Assembly (NCBI GenBank): GCA_963667725.2
Contig: CAXXHO010000003.1
Location: forward strand, 2,208,001-2,272,000
Length of the DNA stretch: 64,000 nucleotides
Source of the DNA: Treponemataceae bacterium
GTDB taxonomy: Bacteria > Spirochaetota > Spirochaetia > Treponematales > Rectinemataceae
Direction of reading: 5' to 3'
How positions within the stretch are numbered: the first letter of the stretch is position 1; every line of letters starts with the position of its first letter. The notes beneath the pieces are model-generated. The model was not told where the DNA came from, ran no database searches, and saw nothing but the letters and a program-made list of their open reading frames with translations. Shown here piece after piece: positions 1 through 9,064 of this stretch. The position numbers were made by a program, and so were the translations under genes.

Positions 1-1
1 A

Positions 2-1216
2 GCGAGGCTGCGATCGGCGCAGGATGACGGAAACCTCGTCAGGCTTCCCGAAGGGACCTACCTCCTGCCAGGACTCATCGATACCCACGTGCACGCTCCT
101 CAGTACCCGCAGCTCGGACAGGCCCTCGACGTGCCCCTCGAGGAATGGCTCTACAAGTACACCTTCCCCCTTGAAGCCCGCTACGCGGATATAGCCTTCG
201 CGCGGGCGACCTATTCCCTTCTCGTCGACGACCTCATCGCCATCGGCACGACGACGGCCCTCTACTACGCCACGATCCACCAGGACGCCACAAGGATTCT
301 CGCCGATATCTGCCTGGAAAAAGGGCAGAGGGCTCTCGTCGGGAAGGTCGCGATGGACCACAGGGAGCAGTGCCCCGACTACTATCGGGACGCCTCCGCC
401 GACGAGGCCATCCGCGGCACGGCCGACCTCTTCGACTATGTGAAGGCGAATCCCGACAACGCCGAGGGCAGGGTCCTGGCCGTGGTGTCGCCGCGCTTCA
501 TCCCCTCCTGTACGGACGCTTCCCTGAAGGGCCTGGGAGCCCTGGCGAAGCAGCTCGGCTGCCACGTTCAGACGCACTGCTCGGAGGGCGACTGGGAGCA
601 TCGTTTCGTGATCGAGCGATTCGGCATGACGGATACCGAGGCCCTGGACAGTTTCGGTTTTCTAGGCCGGAAAAGCCTGCTCGGCCACGCCCCTCACCTC
701 ACCGCGGGCGACATGGACATATTCAAGGCCCGCGGATCGGCGGTCTCGCACTGCCCTCTGTCGAACGCCTACTTCGCGAGCGCCGTGTTCCCGCTGCGCG
801 CTGCCCTCGAGCGGGGCCTGCACGTGGCCCTCGGCACCGACGTCTCGGGCGGGCCGTCCAGCTCCATGTTCGAGGCTATGCGCGAGTCCATCGCCGCCTC
901 GCGCATGCTGGAGACGGGCAACGACGCGAGGTTCTCGCCGGAGGACCGACGCGGCCGACCCTTCAGCAGGGTCGATTTCCGCGACGCCTTCTACATCGCG
1001 ACAACAGGAGGCGGCAACGCCCTCGATCTTCCGATCGGCAACTTCAGCCCCGGCTACCACTTCGACGCCATCGCCGTGGACACAAGAGCGCCGGAGGGTT
1101 CGATCCGGCTCTGGGACGATCTCGACACGGGCGAGAAAATACTGCAGAAGATCGTCTACACCACGACAAGGCCCAATATCGCGTCGGTGTGGGTAGGAGG
1201 GAGACAGATCCGCTAG
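2..1216 (+). CDS. guaD: Guanine deaminase (amidohydrolase family), 5'-truncated by window edge
   Basis: Frame is open from base 2 and reads ...LLPGLIDTHVHAPQYPQLG (HxH metal motif); also PRFIPSC, QTHCSE, HCPLSN and LGTDVSGG motifs typical of GuaD. Confidence 0.9.
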   Translation, partial: ARLRSAQDDGNLVRLPEGTYLLPGLIDTHVHAPQYPQLGQALDVPLEEWLYKYTFPLEARYADIAFARATYSLLVDDLIAIGTTTALYYATIHQDATRILADICLEKGQRALVGKVAMDHREQCPDYYRDASADEAIRGTADLFDYVKANPDNAEGRVLAVVSPRFIPSCTDASLKGLGALAKQLGCHVQTHCSEGDWEHRFVIERFGMTDTEALDSFGFLGRKSLLGHAPHLTAGDMDIFKARGSAVSHCPLSNAYFASAVFPLRAALERGLHVALGTDVSGGPSSSMFEAMRESIAASRMLETGNDARFSPEDRRGRPFSRVDFRDAFYIATTGGGNALDLPIGNFSPGYHFDAIAVDTRAPEGSIRLWDDLDTGEKILQKIVYTTTRPNIASVWVGGRQIR

Positions 1217-1307
1217 ATCAAGAAATAGGCTTTTGCCTTGCGCGCCTAGGGGAAGTGCGGTACGATATATTCCGTCGTATCGCATCATATTCGCCATAGG
1301 AGGTATC

Positions 1308-3155
1308 ATGAAACGCATCGCATTGGTACTATGCGTCGCGCTGCTTTCGCTGTCCGTTTTCGCTCAAGGAACGCCGACGGAAAAGAGCGTTACGCTCACG
1401 TTTATCGAGACATCGGACATCCATGGGGCGATTTACCCCTACGATTTCGTCAACGCGAAGCCGATGGCGACATCGCTCGCCCAGATCGCCAGCCTCATCA
1501 AAGAGGAAAGGGTGGCCAATCCGAACGTCATCCTTCTCGACAACGGCGACTCCCTCCAGGGACAGCCCACCGTCTACTACTACAACTTTGAAAAGACAAA
1601 CGGCCCCCATATCTGGTCGCAAGCCCTCAACTATCTCCAGTTCGACGCTATCGGCGTCGGTAACCACGACATCGAAGCCGGCCACAATGTCTACGACAAG
1701 CTCTACGAGGAAGTCCAGGCATCGGTGCTCTGCGCCAACGCCGTGAAGCCGGACGGAAGCCCCTACTTCACCCCCTACTCCATCATCGAAAAGAGCGGCG
1801 TAAAGATCGCCATCCTCGGCATGATTACGCCGAAAGTCCCCGACTGGCTGCCGCCGCAGTTCTGGACGGGCATGGAGTTCGAGGACATGGTGGAAAGCGC
1901 TAAAAAGTGGATTCCCATCATCCAGCAGAAAGAAAAACCTGACGTCATCGTCGGCCTCTTCCACGCCGGCGTCGACTACAGCTACGGCAACGTCAAGAAA
2001 GATACCAAATTCAACGAAAACGCCTCGCAGATCGTCGCTGAGCAGGTCCCCGGCTTCGATATGATCTTCGTCGGCCACGACCATTCCGGCTGGGATGGCA
2101 TGGGATGGGACCCTGCTACCAAGAAAAAGATCGAAGTGAAGGATCCCAACGGCAAGACCGTCTACATCTACGGCGCCCTCAACGCGGCCAGGAAAGTCCC
2201 CATCGTCAACCTCACCCTTGACTGGAACGACGCGACCGGAAAATGGGAAAAACGCGTCCGAGGCGGTCTCGTCGATGTTGGCCAGTACAAGGCCGATCCC
2301 GACTTCAACGCCCAGTTCCAGCCCGGCTATGACGATATCAAGAAATGGGTCGACCGTCCCATCGGCAAGATGGACGGCGTCATCACCACCCGCGACTCCA
2401 TGTTCGGCGATTCAGCCTTCGTCGACCTCATCCACAGAATCCAGCTCGATCTCTCCAAAGACCCCGCCATGGGGCTTGCCGCGGCCGACATTTCCTTCGT
2501 GGCCCCGCTCTCCGCGGACGCCAAGATACCGACGAGCGCCGACGGCACCCTCTATGTCCGCGACATGTTCAACCTCTACGTGTACGAGAATTTCCTCTAC
2601 ACGATGACGATGACCGGAAAGCAGATCAAGGATTTCCTCGAATATTCCTACAGGTTCTGGTTCGACACCATGCCGAACGAGGGCAACCATCTCATCGCTT
2701 TCCAGAAGGACAAGGAAGGGAAACTGGTGTTCGACGCCAGGTATAACACCGCCCAAACGCAGACCCGCTACTACAACTACGACTCGGCGGCGGGCATCAA
2801 CTATTTCATCGACGTGACCCAGCCTGTGGGCAACAAGGTCAACATCACTTCCATGTCCGACGGCAGAGCCTTCAATCCCGACGCGACCTACACGGTGGCC
2901 ATCAATTCCTACCGCGGTTCAGGCGGCGGCGGCCATCTCGAGAAGGGCGCGGGCATCGACGCGACGACCATCAGGACGATGAAGCTGGTCAACGGCGCCA
3001 CCACGAAGGACCTGCGCTTCTTCCTTCTCAAGTGGTTCGAGAGCCAGACCGAAACCGTGACGGTAGCCCCCATAGGCAACTGGTCCGTGGGCCCCGAGGA
3101 TCTGGTGGCTGCGGGTATCGCGAACGACTATCCGCTGCTCTATCCGAAAAAGTAA
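1308..3155 (+). CDS. cpdB: Periplasmic 2',3'-cyclic-nucleotide 2'-phosphodiesterase / 3'-nucleotidase (5'-nucleotidase family)
   Basis: AGGAGG RBS before ATG 1308; signal peptide; metallophosphoesterase motifs TSDIHG, DNGDSLQG, GNHD, GHDH; C-terminal YxYEN and NSYRGSGGG. Confidence 0.88.
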   Translation: MKRIALVLCVALLSLSVFAQGTPTEKSVTLTFIETSDIHGAIYPYDFVNAKPMATSLAQIASLIKEERVANPNVILLDNGDSLQGQPTVYYYNFEKTNGPHIWSQALNYLQFDAIGVGNHDIEAGHNVYDKLYEEVQASVLCANAVKPDGSPYFTPYSIIEKSGVKIAILGMITPKVPDWLPPQFWTGMEFEDMVESAKKWIPIIQQKEKPDVIVGLFHAGVDYSYGNVKKDTKFNENASQIVAEQVPGFDMIFVGHDHSGWDGMGWDPATKKKIEVKDPNGKTVYIYGALNAARKVPIVNLTLDWNDATGKWEKRVRGGLVDVGQYKADPDFNAQFQPGYDDIKKWVDRPIGKMDGVITTRDSMFGDSAFVDLIHRIQLDLSKDPAMGLAAADISFVAPLSADAKIPTSADGTLYVRDMFNLYVYENFLYTMTMTGKQIKDFLEYSYRFWFDTMPNEGNHLIAFQKDKEGKLVFDARYNTAQTQTRYYNYDSAAGINYFIDVTQPVGNKVNITSMSDGRAFNPDATYTVAINSYRGSGGGGHLEKGAGIDATTIRTMKLVNGATTKDLRFFLLKWFESQTETVTVAPIGNWSVGPEDLVAAGIANDYPLLYPKK

Positions 3156-3185
3156 TGTACCGATTCGATTCCGCTTTGTGATCCG

Positions 3186-3220
3186 GCCGGCCGCCCTCAG
3201 CGAGGGCGGCCGGCTTTTTA
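3186..3220 (+). terminator. Intrinsic terminator after cpdB
   Basis: 13-bp stem GCCGGCCGCCCTC-agc-GAGGGCGGCCGGC followed by TTTTTA. Confidence 0.85.
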
Positions 3221-3249
3221 TTGCTTTTTGATGATAATAATGGTATTTT
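3221..3249 (+). promoter_or_regulatory. Putative sigma70 promoter of hsp20
   Basis: TTGCTT-N17-TATTTT with TGn extension, in an AT-rich patch. Confidence 0.45.
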
Positions 3250-3260
3250 ACAATCGATGA

Positions 3261-3378
3261 GGCTGTTCCGCCCCAAAGGGAAACAGCCCAAGCCGCGATG
3301 GGCTTCGGCCACCGGCGAATAAAAACGGGATGAGCCATACGTATGGCATTCCGGTTTCCTTTAAGGAGGGAAACGATG
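3261..3378 (+). promoter_or_regulatory. Structured 5' UTR of hsp20, candidate RNA thermometer
   Basis: Successive hairpins; the last, GTTTCCTTT-aag-GAGGGAAAC, pairs the Shine-Dalgarno using G-U pairs right before ATG 3376. Confidence 0.5.
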
Positions 3379-3957
3379 AAAAGCAACAAAACCTATGTGG
3401 ACATCGGCTCCATTTTGGACGACGTGTTCGAGGCTGCCAAGGATTTCGGCGAGAAAATGAAAGATTTCGCGCCCGGATTCGACGGCTGCGGTCCCAACCC
3501 TATGGGCGGCTTTGGCGCCGGCGGCGAAACCCATGGCGGCGGCGCGACGGGAGGGGCTTGGTTCGACGCCCAGTCCGACGAGAACGCCGATTATTATCCC
3601 AATTTTTCCTATCCGCCGATGAACATTTATCTCACCACGGAACGCAGCATCGTGTTCGAGTTCGCCGTGGCCGGCTTCGAGGAGAAAAACATAAGCCTTT
3701 CATTCCAGGGCGACTATATGGTGTTTTCCGCCAAGATCGAGATGGAGCCGCCCCTCGAGGGCATCCGCTATTTCAAGCGCAGGCTTAAGCTTAAGGACAT
3801 CGAGAAGCAGAAGTACTACGTTCCCGCCGACAAGTTCGATCAGGAAAAGGTGAAGGCCGTTTTCAGGAACGGTATCCTGAAAGTGACCGTTCCCCCCAGG
3901 GAAGAAGCCGAATCCAACGAAGGCATCAAGATCGAGATCGTGAGGGAAGGCGAATAA
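3376..3957 (+). CDS. Hsp20/alpha-crystallin small heat shock protein
   Basis: YPPMNIY, FAVAGF, VKAVFRNGILKVTVP and C-terminal IKIEI motifs; AAGGAGG RBS. Confidence 0.9.
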   Translation: MKSNKTYVDIGSILDDVFEAAKDFGEKMKDFAPGFDGCGPNPMGGFGAGGETHGGGATGGAWFDAQSDENADYYPNFSYPPMNIYLTTERSIVFEFAVAGFEEKNISLSFQGDYMVFSAKIEMEPPLEGIRYFKRRLKLKDIEKQKYYVPADKFDQEKVKAVFRNGILKVTVPPREEAESNEGIKIEIVREGE

Positions 3958-4041
3958 GCGACGGCGCGCGGCGACGTCCGCGCACTACGGCGCGGTAGCG
4001 CCGGCGCAGAGCTGCGCCACCACGATTTTCCGAATAGAGGT

Positions 4042-4084
4042 AATAAAAGCCGCCCGGGTCCACGACTCGGGCGGCTTTTTTATT
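4042..4084. terminator. Bidirectional intrinsic terminator between convergent genes
   Basis: AATAAAAGCCGCCCG...CGGGCGGCTTTTTTATT stem with A and T tracts on either side. Confidence 0.85.
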
Positions 4085-4120
4085 TTCCGGAATGCCATCC
4101 TTCGGCGCGGGATGGCGCGG

Positions 4121-5056
4121 TCAAGGATTCCCGCGCCCGCCCAGAAGGTTGATGGCCAGCATGCAGGCGCCGAAGGAGGCGCTTTCGGCGGGCTCGACCG
4201 GTTTCAGGCCGGGGCACTCTGTCTTCAGCCTCTCGAGGATCGAGCCGCGAAGCCAGGGGTTGTGGTCGAGGAGGCCCCCCGACAGCAGGATGGATGGATC
4301 GGCGATGCGGCCCTGGGCGCGATCGCGGACGGAGGCGACGAGGCGCACGAGTTCATCGCGGGATTCCTCCATGATGGCTATGGCCAGCGGATCGCCGGCG
4401 GCGCGGTGGAGTTCCACGAGGTCGGCAGCGCCGGCGATCCGCGCCTTGTCAAAGCCCTTATAGACGAAGCGCACGAAATCGCCGCCGCTCTCGAGGCCGA
4501 ATTTTTCCAGGAGCGGCCCGAGCATGGCCGTGGGTAGGTCGCGGCCTTCGGCCGAGCGCAGGGCGCGGCGGATGGCCTGAAAGCCGATGAAGAAAGCAGA
4601 ACCCTCGTCGCTGAGGTAATGGCCGAGGCCGCCGGCGCGGAATCGCGTGCCGTCGGCCAGGCGCACGATGGCGATCGAGCCGGTGCCGGCTATGAGAAGG
4701 TATCCCTCCAGACGTTTCAGGCCGCCCACGAGGGCGATATCCGGATCCGAAAGCATCGCGAGGGGACAGCCAATCCCGAATTCACCCCTGATCAGAGACT
4801 CCATCTCGAGACGCTCGACGGGCCGGTCCATTCCCGCGACGCCGAAACAGCCCGCGCCCAGATCCCCCGCGGCAATGCCGGTCGTGCCGAAGGCTTCGGC
4901 GAAAAGCTTCCCGAGCCTCTCGACGATCAAGGGCTTCGGGACAGCATTCGGATTGATGCCTTCGCCCTTGCCTTCCCATAGCGGTTTGTTGTTTTCGTCC
5001 GCGAGACGCAGGCGCGTGCTCGTCCCACCGCCATCCACCCCCAATACTATGCTCAT
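4121..5056 (-). CDS. BadF/BadG/BcrA/BcrD-type ATPase, probable N-acetylglucosamine kinase
   Basis: GVDGGGTST, LIAGTGSI and GGLGHYLSDEGSAF motifs; same operon as the N-acylglucosamine epimerase. Confidence 0.85.
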   Translation of the reverse strand: MSIVLGVDGGGTSTRLRLADENNKPLWEGKGEGINPNAVPKPLIVERLGKLFAEAFGTTGIAAGDLGAGCFGVAGMDRPVERLEMESLIRGEFGIGCPLAMLSDPDIALVGGLKRLEGYLLIAGTGSIAIVRLADGTRFRAGGLGHYLSDEGSAFFIGFQAIRRALRSAEGRDLPTAMLGPLLEKFGLESGGDFVRFVYKGFDKARIAGAADLVELHRAAGDPLAIAIMEESRDELVRLVASVRDRAQGRIADPSILLSGGLLDHNPWLRGSILERLKTECPGLKPVEPAESASFGACMLAINLLGGRGNP

Positions 5057-5931
5057 GGAACTTTTCCTTTCCTCTGGTGGGTCGCGGCCATCGTGCGCTC
5101 CAGGGCCGCGATAGACATGTCGAGATTTTTCGAGACGATGATGGAGTAGAGGATATCGACGACCGTCAGCTGGTTGATTCGCGACGTGACGGCGGCCTGC
5201 CTGTATATCCGTTCCGAGGCCGGCACGAGCAGCTTGATGTCGGCTACGGCGCGTATGCTGTTCGCGCTGTCCATCGTAAGGCTTATGACCTTCGCTCCGC
5301 GCAGTTTCGCCTGTTTCGCCGCTTCCAACATTCCCGCGTTTTCTCCCGAATAGGAAATCACGAAAGCGACGTCGCTCGGCTTGAGCGAGGCGGCCGCCGT
5401 CACCTGCAAGTCCAGGTCGGCCGTGAAAAAGGAATGGAGGCCGATGCGAAGGAGCTTCTGCAGGAAATCGTTGGCGACGATGCCAGAAGCCCCTACGCCG
5501 AAGAGGGCTGTGGAGGAAGCTCCGATGATGGCGTTGGATGCCGCTTCCATGACTTTCGGATCCAGCAGCGCGCGCAGCTGGGAAAGTCCCTGCTGGGAAA
5601 AAGCGATCACGCTCTGGATGACTTGCTCGGGCGGCGTCATGGACTCCAGGTCGAGGTCGGGGATGAATCGTTCGTCGAAATCGCTGAAGACATCCTGGGC
5701 GAGTCTCATCTTGAAGTCATTGTAGCTTCCGAGTCCCGTCCTTTTGCAGAACCGGATTACCGCCGCCTGGCTGACGCCGCTCTGCCGGGCCAGTTCGCCC
5801 ACGTTGTAGTACAGCGTCTTTTTCGGCTCCCGGAAGATATAATCGGCTACCTTACGCTCGGCCTCCGAAAGGCTGGCCAGGCGGACGCGGATGGCCGCCA
5901 GGGCGCCGTCGAGATTGCCTATTTCATCCAT
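5053..5931 (-). CDS. MurR/RpiR family transcriptional regulator
   Basis: LSEAERKVADYI HTH, SQAAVIRFCK, and SIS domain (FGVGASG, ISYSGEN). Confidence 0.92.
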   Translation of the reverse strand: MDEIGNLDGALAAIRVRLASLSEAERKVADYIFREPKKTLYYNVGELARQSGVSQAAVIRFCKRTGLGSYNDFKMRLAQDVFSDFDERFIPDLDLESMTPPEQVIQSVIAFSQQGLSQLRALLDPKVMEAASNAIIGASSTALFGVGASGIVANDFLQKLLRIGLHSFFTADLDLQVTAAASLKPSDVAFVISYSGENAGMLEAAKQAKLRGAKVISLTMDSANSIRAVADIKLLVPASERIYRQAAVTSRINQLTVVDILYSIIVSKNLDMSIAALERTMAATHQRKGKVP

Positions 5932-7141
5932 TGCTTCGCCCGTCTTTCCGCTCTTCGTCCCCGCGGGATGCCTCCATCTCCTTCAGCCATCCGATGCAGG
6001 CGAGGAGGTCCCTGGGAATGTGGAAAAAGCCCTTCCACTTTCCGCCCTTGAGCGTGAGCGCCACCTCGCCCCTCCTGTCCAGATAGCCATACCACTCCCC
6101 GTGCTCGGGATCGGGAAACCGCTTCCAAGTCCAGTCATGAATTTTCCTGAACCAGGCTTCGCAAGCCGGGTCGCCCGTCAGCTTATATGCGAGGAGGAAG
6201 GCGCAGAGCGCCTCGGCGTGGACCCACCACAGTTTCATGCCCGCCTCTATTTTATCGGTGGGGAAGCCCTCGAAGTCCTGATAGTAGTAGATGCCGCCAT
6301 AGGTTTGGTCCCAGCCGCGTTCGACGGTCCAAAGCATGGCGTCCCGCGCGGTCTCGATCATGGCGACGTCGCCCCGCTTTTCCGCCACGCTCATGATGAA
6401 CCACAGAGTTTCGAGCGCGTGGCCGGGCGTCAGCAGCCGGCCTTCCATGCAGTCGGGGCGAGTTCCGTCGGCGAATACTCTCTCGAAGAGAGCCTTGCGC
6501 TCGCGATCCAGGTGGAGCGTCAGCACCTGCCGTATCGCGGCGTCCACGATGTCGTCCAGCTCGGGCTGGGGCACGATGCCTTCCATCACGCCCGCCATCC
6601 ACACCTGCATCATCGGGAAGGACATGGCGAGAATCGGGCGGTTCGCGCCAATCTGCTTGTTCCATTGTCCCTTGGGATTGGCCTTGCGCTCCTGTATGCG
6701 GTTCCAGGTGGAGACAGCCATTTGCGTCGCCCAGGTTTCGCCCGACGAGCGGCCGTATTCCGCCAAACCCGCCGCGCAGAAACAGTCAGAATAGATATTG
6801 TAGGGCTGCACGAGGGGCTTTCCTTCGCGGTCGACCGCGAACCAGAAATCGCCGTTCGGCGCCCTTCCCTTCTCGCGTAGGAAATCGGCGCCCAGCCTCG
6901 CCATGTCGAGCCAGCGGGGTTCCCGCCTCACCGTCCTGTAGAGCTGGGAAAATCCCCAGACTTCGCGGCCCTGCATCCACATGAATTTGTCTTTGTCGAA
7001 AACTGTCCCGTCGCGATCCATGCAGCTGAAGTATCCCCCGGCCTCACGGTCCGGGCTGTAGCGCTCCCAGAAAGGGATCACGCTTTCAAAGAGTTCTTTT
7101 TCATATAATTTTCTGAACGCCGTCAGCTCGTCTTTGGTCAT
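5924..7141 (-). CDS. N-acylglucosamine 2-epimerase (AGE family)
   Basis: PFWERYSPD, DKFMWMQGR, PGHALE, KLWWVHAE, GEWYGYL and KGGKWKGFFHIPR motifs of GlcNAc/ManNAc 2-epimerases. Confidence 0.9.
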   Translation of the reverse strand: MTKDELTAFRKLYEKELFESVIPFWERYSPDREAGGYFSCMDRDGTVFDKDKFMWMQGREVWGFSQLYRTVRREPRWLDMARLGADFLREKGRAPNGDFWFAVDREGKPLVQPYNIYSDCFCAAGLAEYGRSSGETWATQMAVSTWNRIQERKANPKGQWNKQIGANRPILAMSFPMMQVWMAGVMEGIVPQPELDDIVDAAIRQVLTLHLDRERKALFERVFADGTRPDCMEGRLLTPGHALETLWFIMSVAEKRGDVAMIETARDAMLWTVERGWDQTYGGIYYYQDFEGFPTDKIEAGMKLWWVHAEALCAFLLAYKLTGDPACEAWFRKIHDWTWKRFPDPEHGEWYGYLDRRGEVALTLKGGKWKGFFHIPRDLLACIGWLKEMEASRGDEERKDGRSNG

Positions 7142-7166
7142 GTAAAGCTCCGTGCTCCGCGCGGTT

Positions 7167-8021
7167 TCATTTCACGGCGCCAGCCGTCATGCCGCGGATA
7201 AAATATTTCGCCATGAACAGATAGAGAATGAGGACAGGGACGACGGCTATGGACAGCCCGGTGAAGCAGAGGCTCCAGTCCGTGCTGTATTGGCCGAAAA
7301 AGCTCGTCAGCCCCACGGGAAGCGTCTTCCATTTGTTGTTCTGCAGGAAGACAAGGGGAAAGAAAAAGTCGTTCCAGATGGGGACGGCATTATAGATCGT
7401 GACGAGGGTGATGGCAGGGGCCACCACCGGCATGACGATCCTGCGATAGATGGCCCAGTCCGAGCAGCCGTCGATGCGCGCGGCGTATTCGAGATCGATC
7501 GGTATGGCCTTCATGAATCCGGAAAGTATGAAAACCGTCGAAGGCAGGCCCATTCCGATGAAGATGAGGATCACCGAGAGGGGCTTGTCCACGAGGTTCA
7601 TTTTTTTCATGAGGATGAAGAGCGGGATGATCGCGGCCTTGAGCGGCAGCATGATGCCCGAAAGGAAGAGCATGTAGACGAGGGTGGATAATTTATATTT
7701 ATAGCGGGACAGGCCGAAGGCGGCCATCGAGCCGAAGATCAGCACGAAGACCATCGAAACCGCCGTAATCCAGAGACTGTTGAAGAAGTAGCGCCCGAAT
7801 CCTTTCTTGACCCACACCGTCACGTAATTGGAAAAATCCCATGTACTCGGCAGGGCGAAGGGCGTGCGCAGGATTTCCCTCGTGGTTTTGAACGACGAGA
7901 GCACCATGTTCACGAGCGGGTAGAAGATAAGCAGGGCGTAAAAGGCGAGGACGACTTCTATCGCCGCGATGGCGATTTTCCTTACTGTTCCGGCGCCGCG
8001 GAAGCGGAAATCGGTGGTCAC
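7167..8021 (-). CDS. Carbohydrate ABC transporter permease
   Basis: Multiple TM segments; EAA-like loop EYAARIDGCS; WNDFFFPL. Confidence 0.9.
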   Translation of the reverse strand: MTTDFRFRGAGTVRKIAIAAIEVVLAFYALLIFYPLVNMVLSSFKTTREILRTPFALPSTWDFSNYVTVWVKKGFGRYFFNSLWITAVSMVFVLIFGSMAAFGLSRYKYKLSTLVYMLFLSGIMLPLKAAIIPLFILMKKMNLVDKPLSVILIFIGMGLPSTVFILSGFMKAIPIDLEYAARIDGCSDWAIYRRIVMPVVAPAITLVTIYNAVPIWNDFFFPLVFLQNNKWKTLPVGLTSFFGQYSTDWSLCFTGLSIAVVPVLILYLFMAKYFIRGMTAGAVK

Positions 8022-8971
8022 AGCTCCACCTCCTTTTTCGAGAGCGCCGATATGGAGAAGACCGACGCGAAAAAGGTGAGGCCGTAGATGATGACGCCAA
8101 TCGCCGATCCGATGCCGATTTCGGGACTGCCCGAATCCACCGATCCGAAGGCTGTCCTATAGAAAAGCGTTCCTATCGTATCCGTGGAAAAGTTGGGCGA
8201 GCCGTCGAGGCCTGCCATTGTGTAGATCTGCTCGAAGACGTTGAGGCTTCCGATGATGGTGAGCACCGTGATGACCGTGATGGACGGGATGATGAGGGGC
8301 AGCACGATCCTTCTGAAAACGGTGGATTCCTTGGCTCCGTCGAGGTATGCCGCTTCCAGGCAGTCGGTGGGCACGTTGTCGATGGCGGCTAGGAACACCA
8401 GGCTCGGGAAGCCTACCCAACGCCAGATGTTGACTAAAATGATCGTAAATGTGGCGAGAGTTTCGTCGCCCAGCCACGCCCGCATGAGATCGGGCCTGCC
8501 GGCGAGCTTCAGCACGCCGTTGAGCAGGCCGTTGGGCCGAAGATAGAGGCTCCACAGGAAGCCTACGGCTACGATGGAAAACAGGACCGGTATAAAAATC
8601 ACGCGCTTGAAAAACTCATGGCCCGGCACTTTCCGCGATAGCAGATAGCCGAAAAGGAGGCCCAGGCTGTTCTGAATCAGCATCGTGACGATAAACCATT
8701 TCGCGTTGTTGCCCAGCGCGTTGAAAAATCTCGTCTTATAGGGTTCGGTGAAGAACACCCTCCTGAAATTCTCGAATCCCACGAAGTCGCTCCGAAGAAG
8801 CTGCGTCCAGCTGAAAAGGCTGTTGAAGAGCGACATGAAAAGCGGCAGGAGGATGACGACAGCGACTATCGTCAGCCCCGGCGTCACGAAAAACGCTATC
8901 CATAAACCTTTGCGCGCGTCTTTTCTCGTCAAGTTCTTGCTCCTGGATACATGGCCGATCGCTTTCGCCAT
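8018..8971 (-). CDS. Carbohydrate ABC transporter permease
   Basis: FVGFENF, EAAYLDGA motif and TM helices. Confidence 0.9.
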   Translation of the reverse strand: MAKAIGHVSRSKNLTRKDARKGLWIAFFVTPGLTIVAVVILLPLFMSLFNSLFSWTQLLRSDFVGFENFRRVFFTEPYKTRFFNALGNNAKWFIVTMLIQNSLGLLFGYLLSRKVPGHEFFKRVIFIPVLFSIVAVGFLWSLYLRPNGLLNGVLKLAGRPDLMRAWLGDETLATFTIILVNIWRWVGFPSLVFLAAIDNVPTDCLEAAYLDGAKESTVFRRIVLPLIIPSITVITVLTIIGSLNVFEQIYTMAGLDGSPNFSTDTIGTLFYRTAFGSVDSGSPEIGIGSAIGVIIYGLTFFASVFSISALSKKEVEL

Positions 8972-9009
8972 GGCAATGGCTGAAGGATGCCGGATTGGAA
9001 AATGAAGGC

Positions 9010-9046
9010 GCCGGAGGCTTCCCTTTATTAAAGGGAAGTCTCCGGC
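9010..9046 (-). other. Intergenic stem-loop after the solute-binding protein gene (mRNA stabiliser or attenuator)
   Basis: GCCGGAGGCTTCCCTTT-att-AAAGGGAAGTCTCCGGC inverted repeat between SBP and permease genes. Confidence 0.6.
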
Positions 9047-9064
9047 CGGAAGTTGATCAGGCTG

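Noticed and set aside
3958..4020. Run of tiny GC hairpins in the hsp20 3' UTR
   Set aside because: Stems of 5-7 bp in very GC-rich DNA are not distinguishable from chance; no recognisable RNA family.
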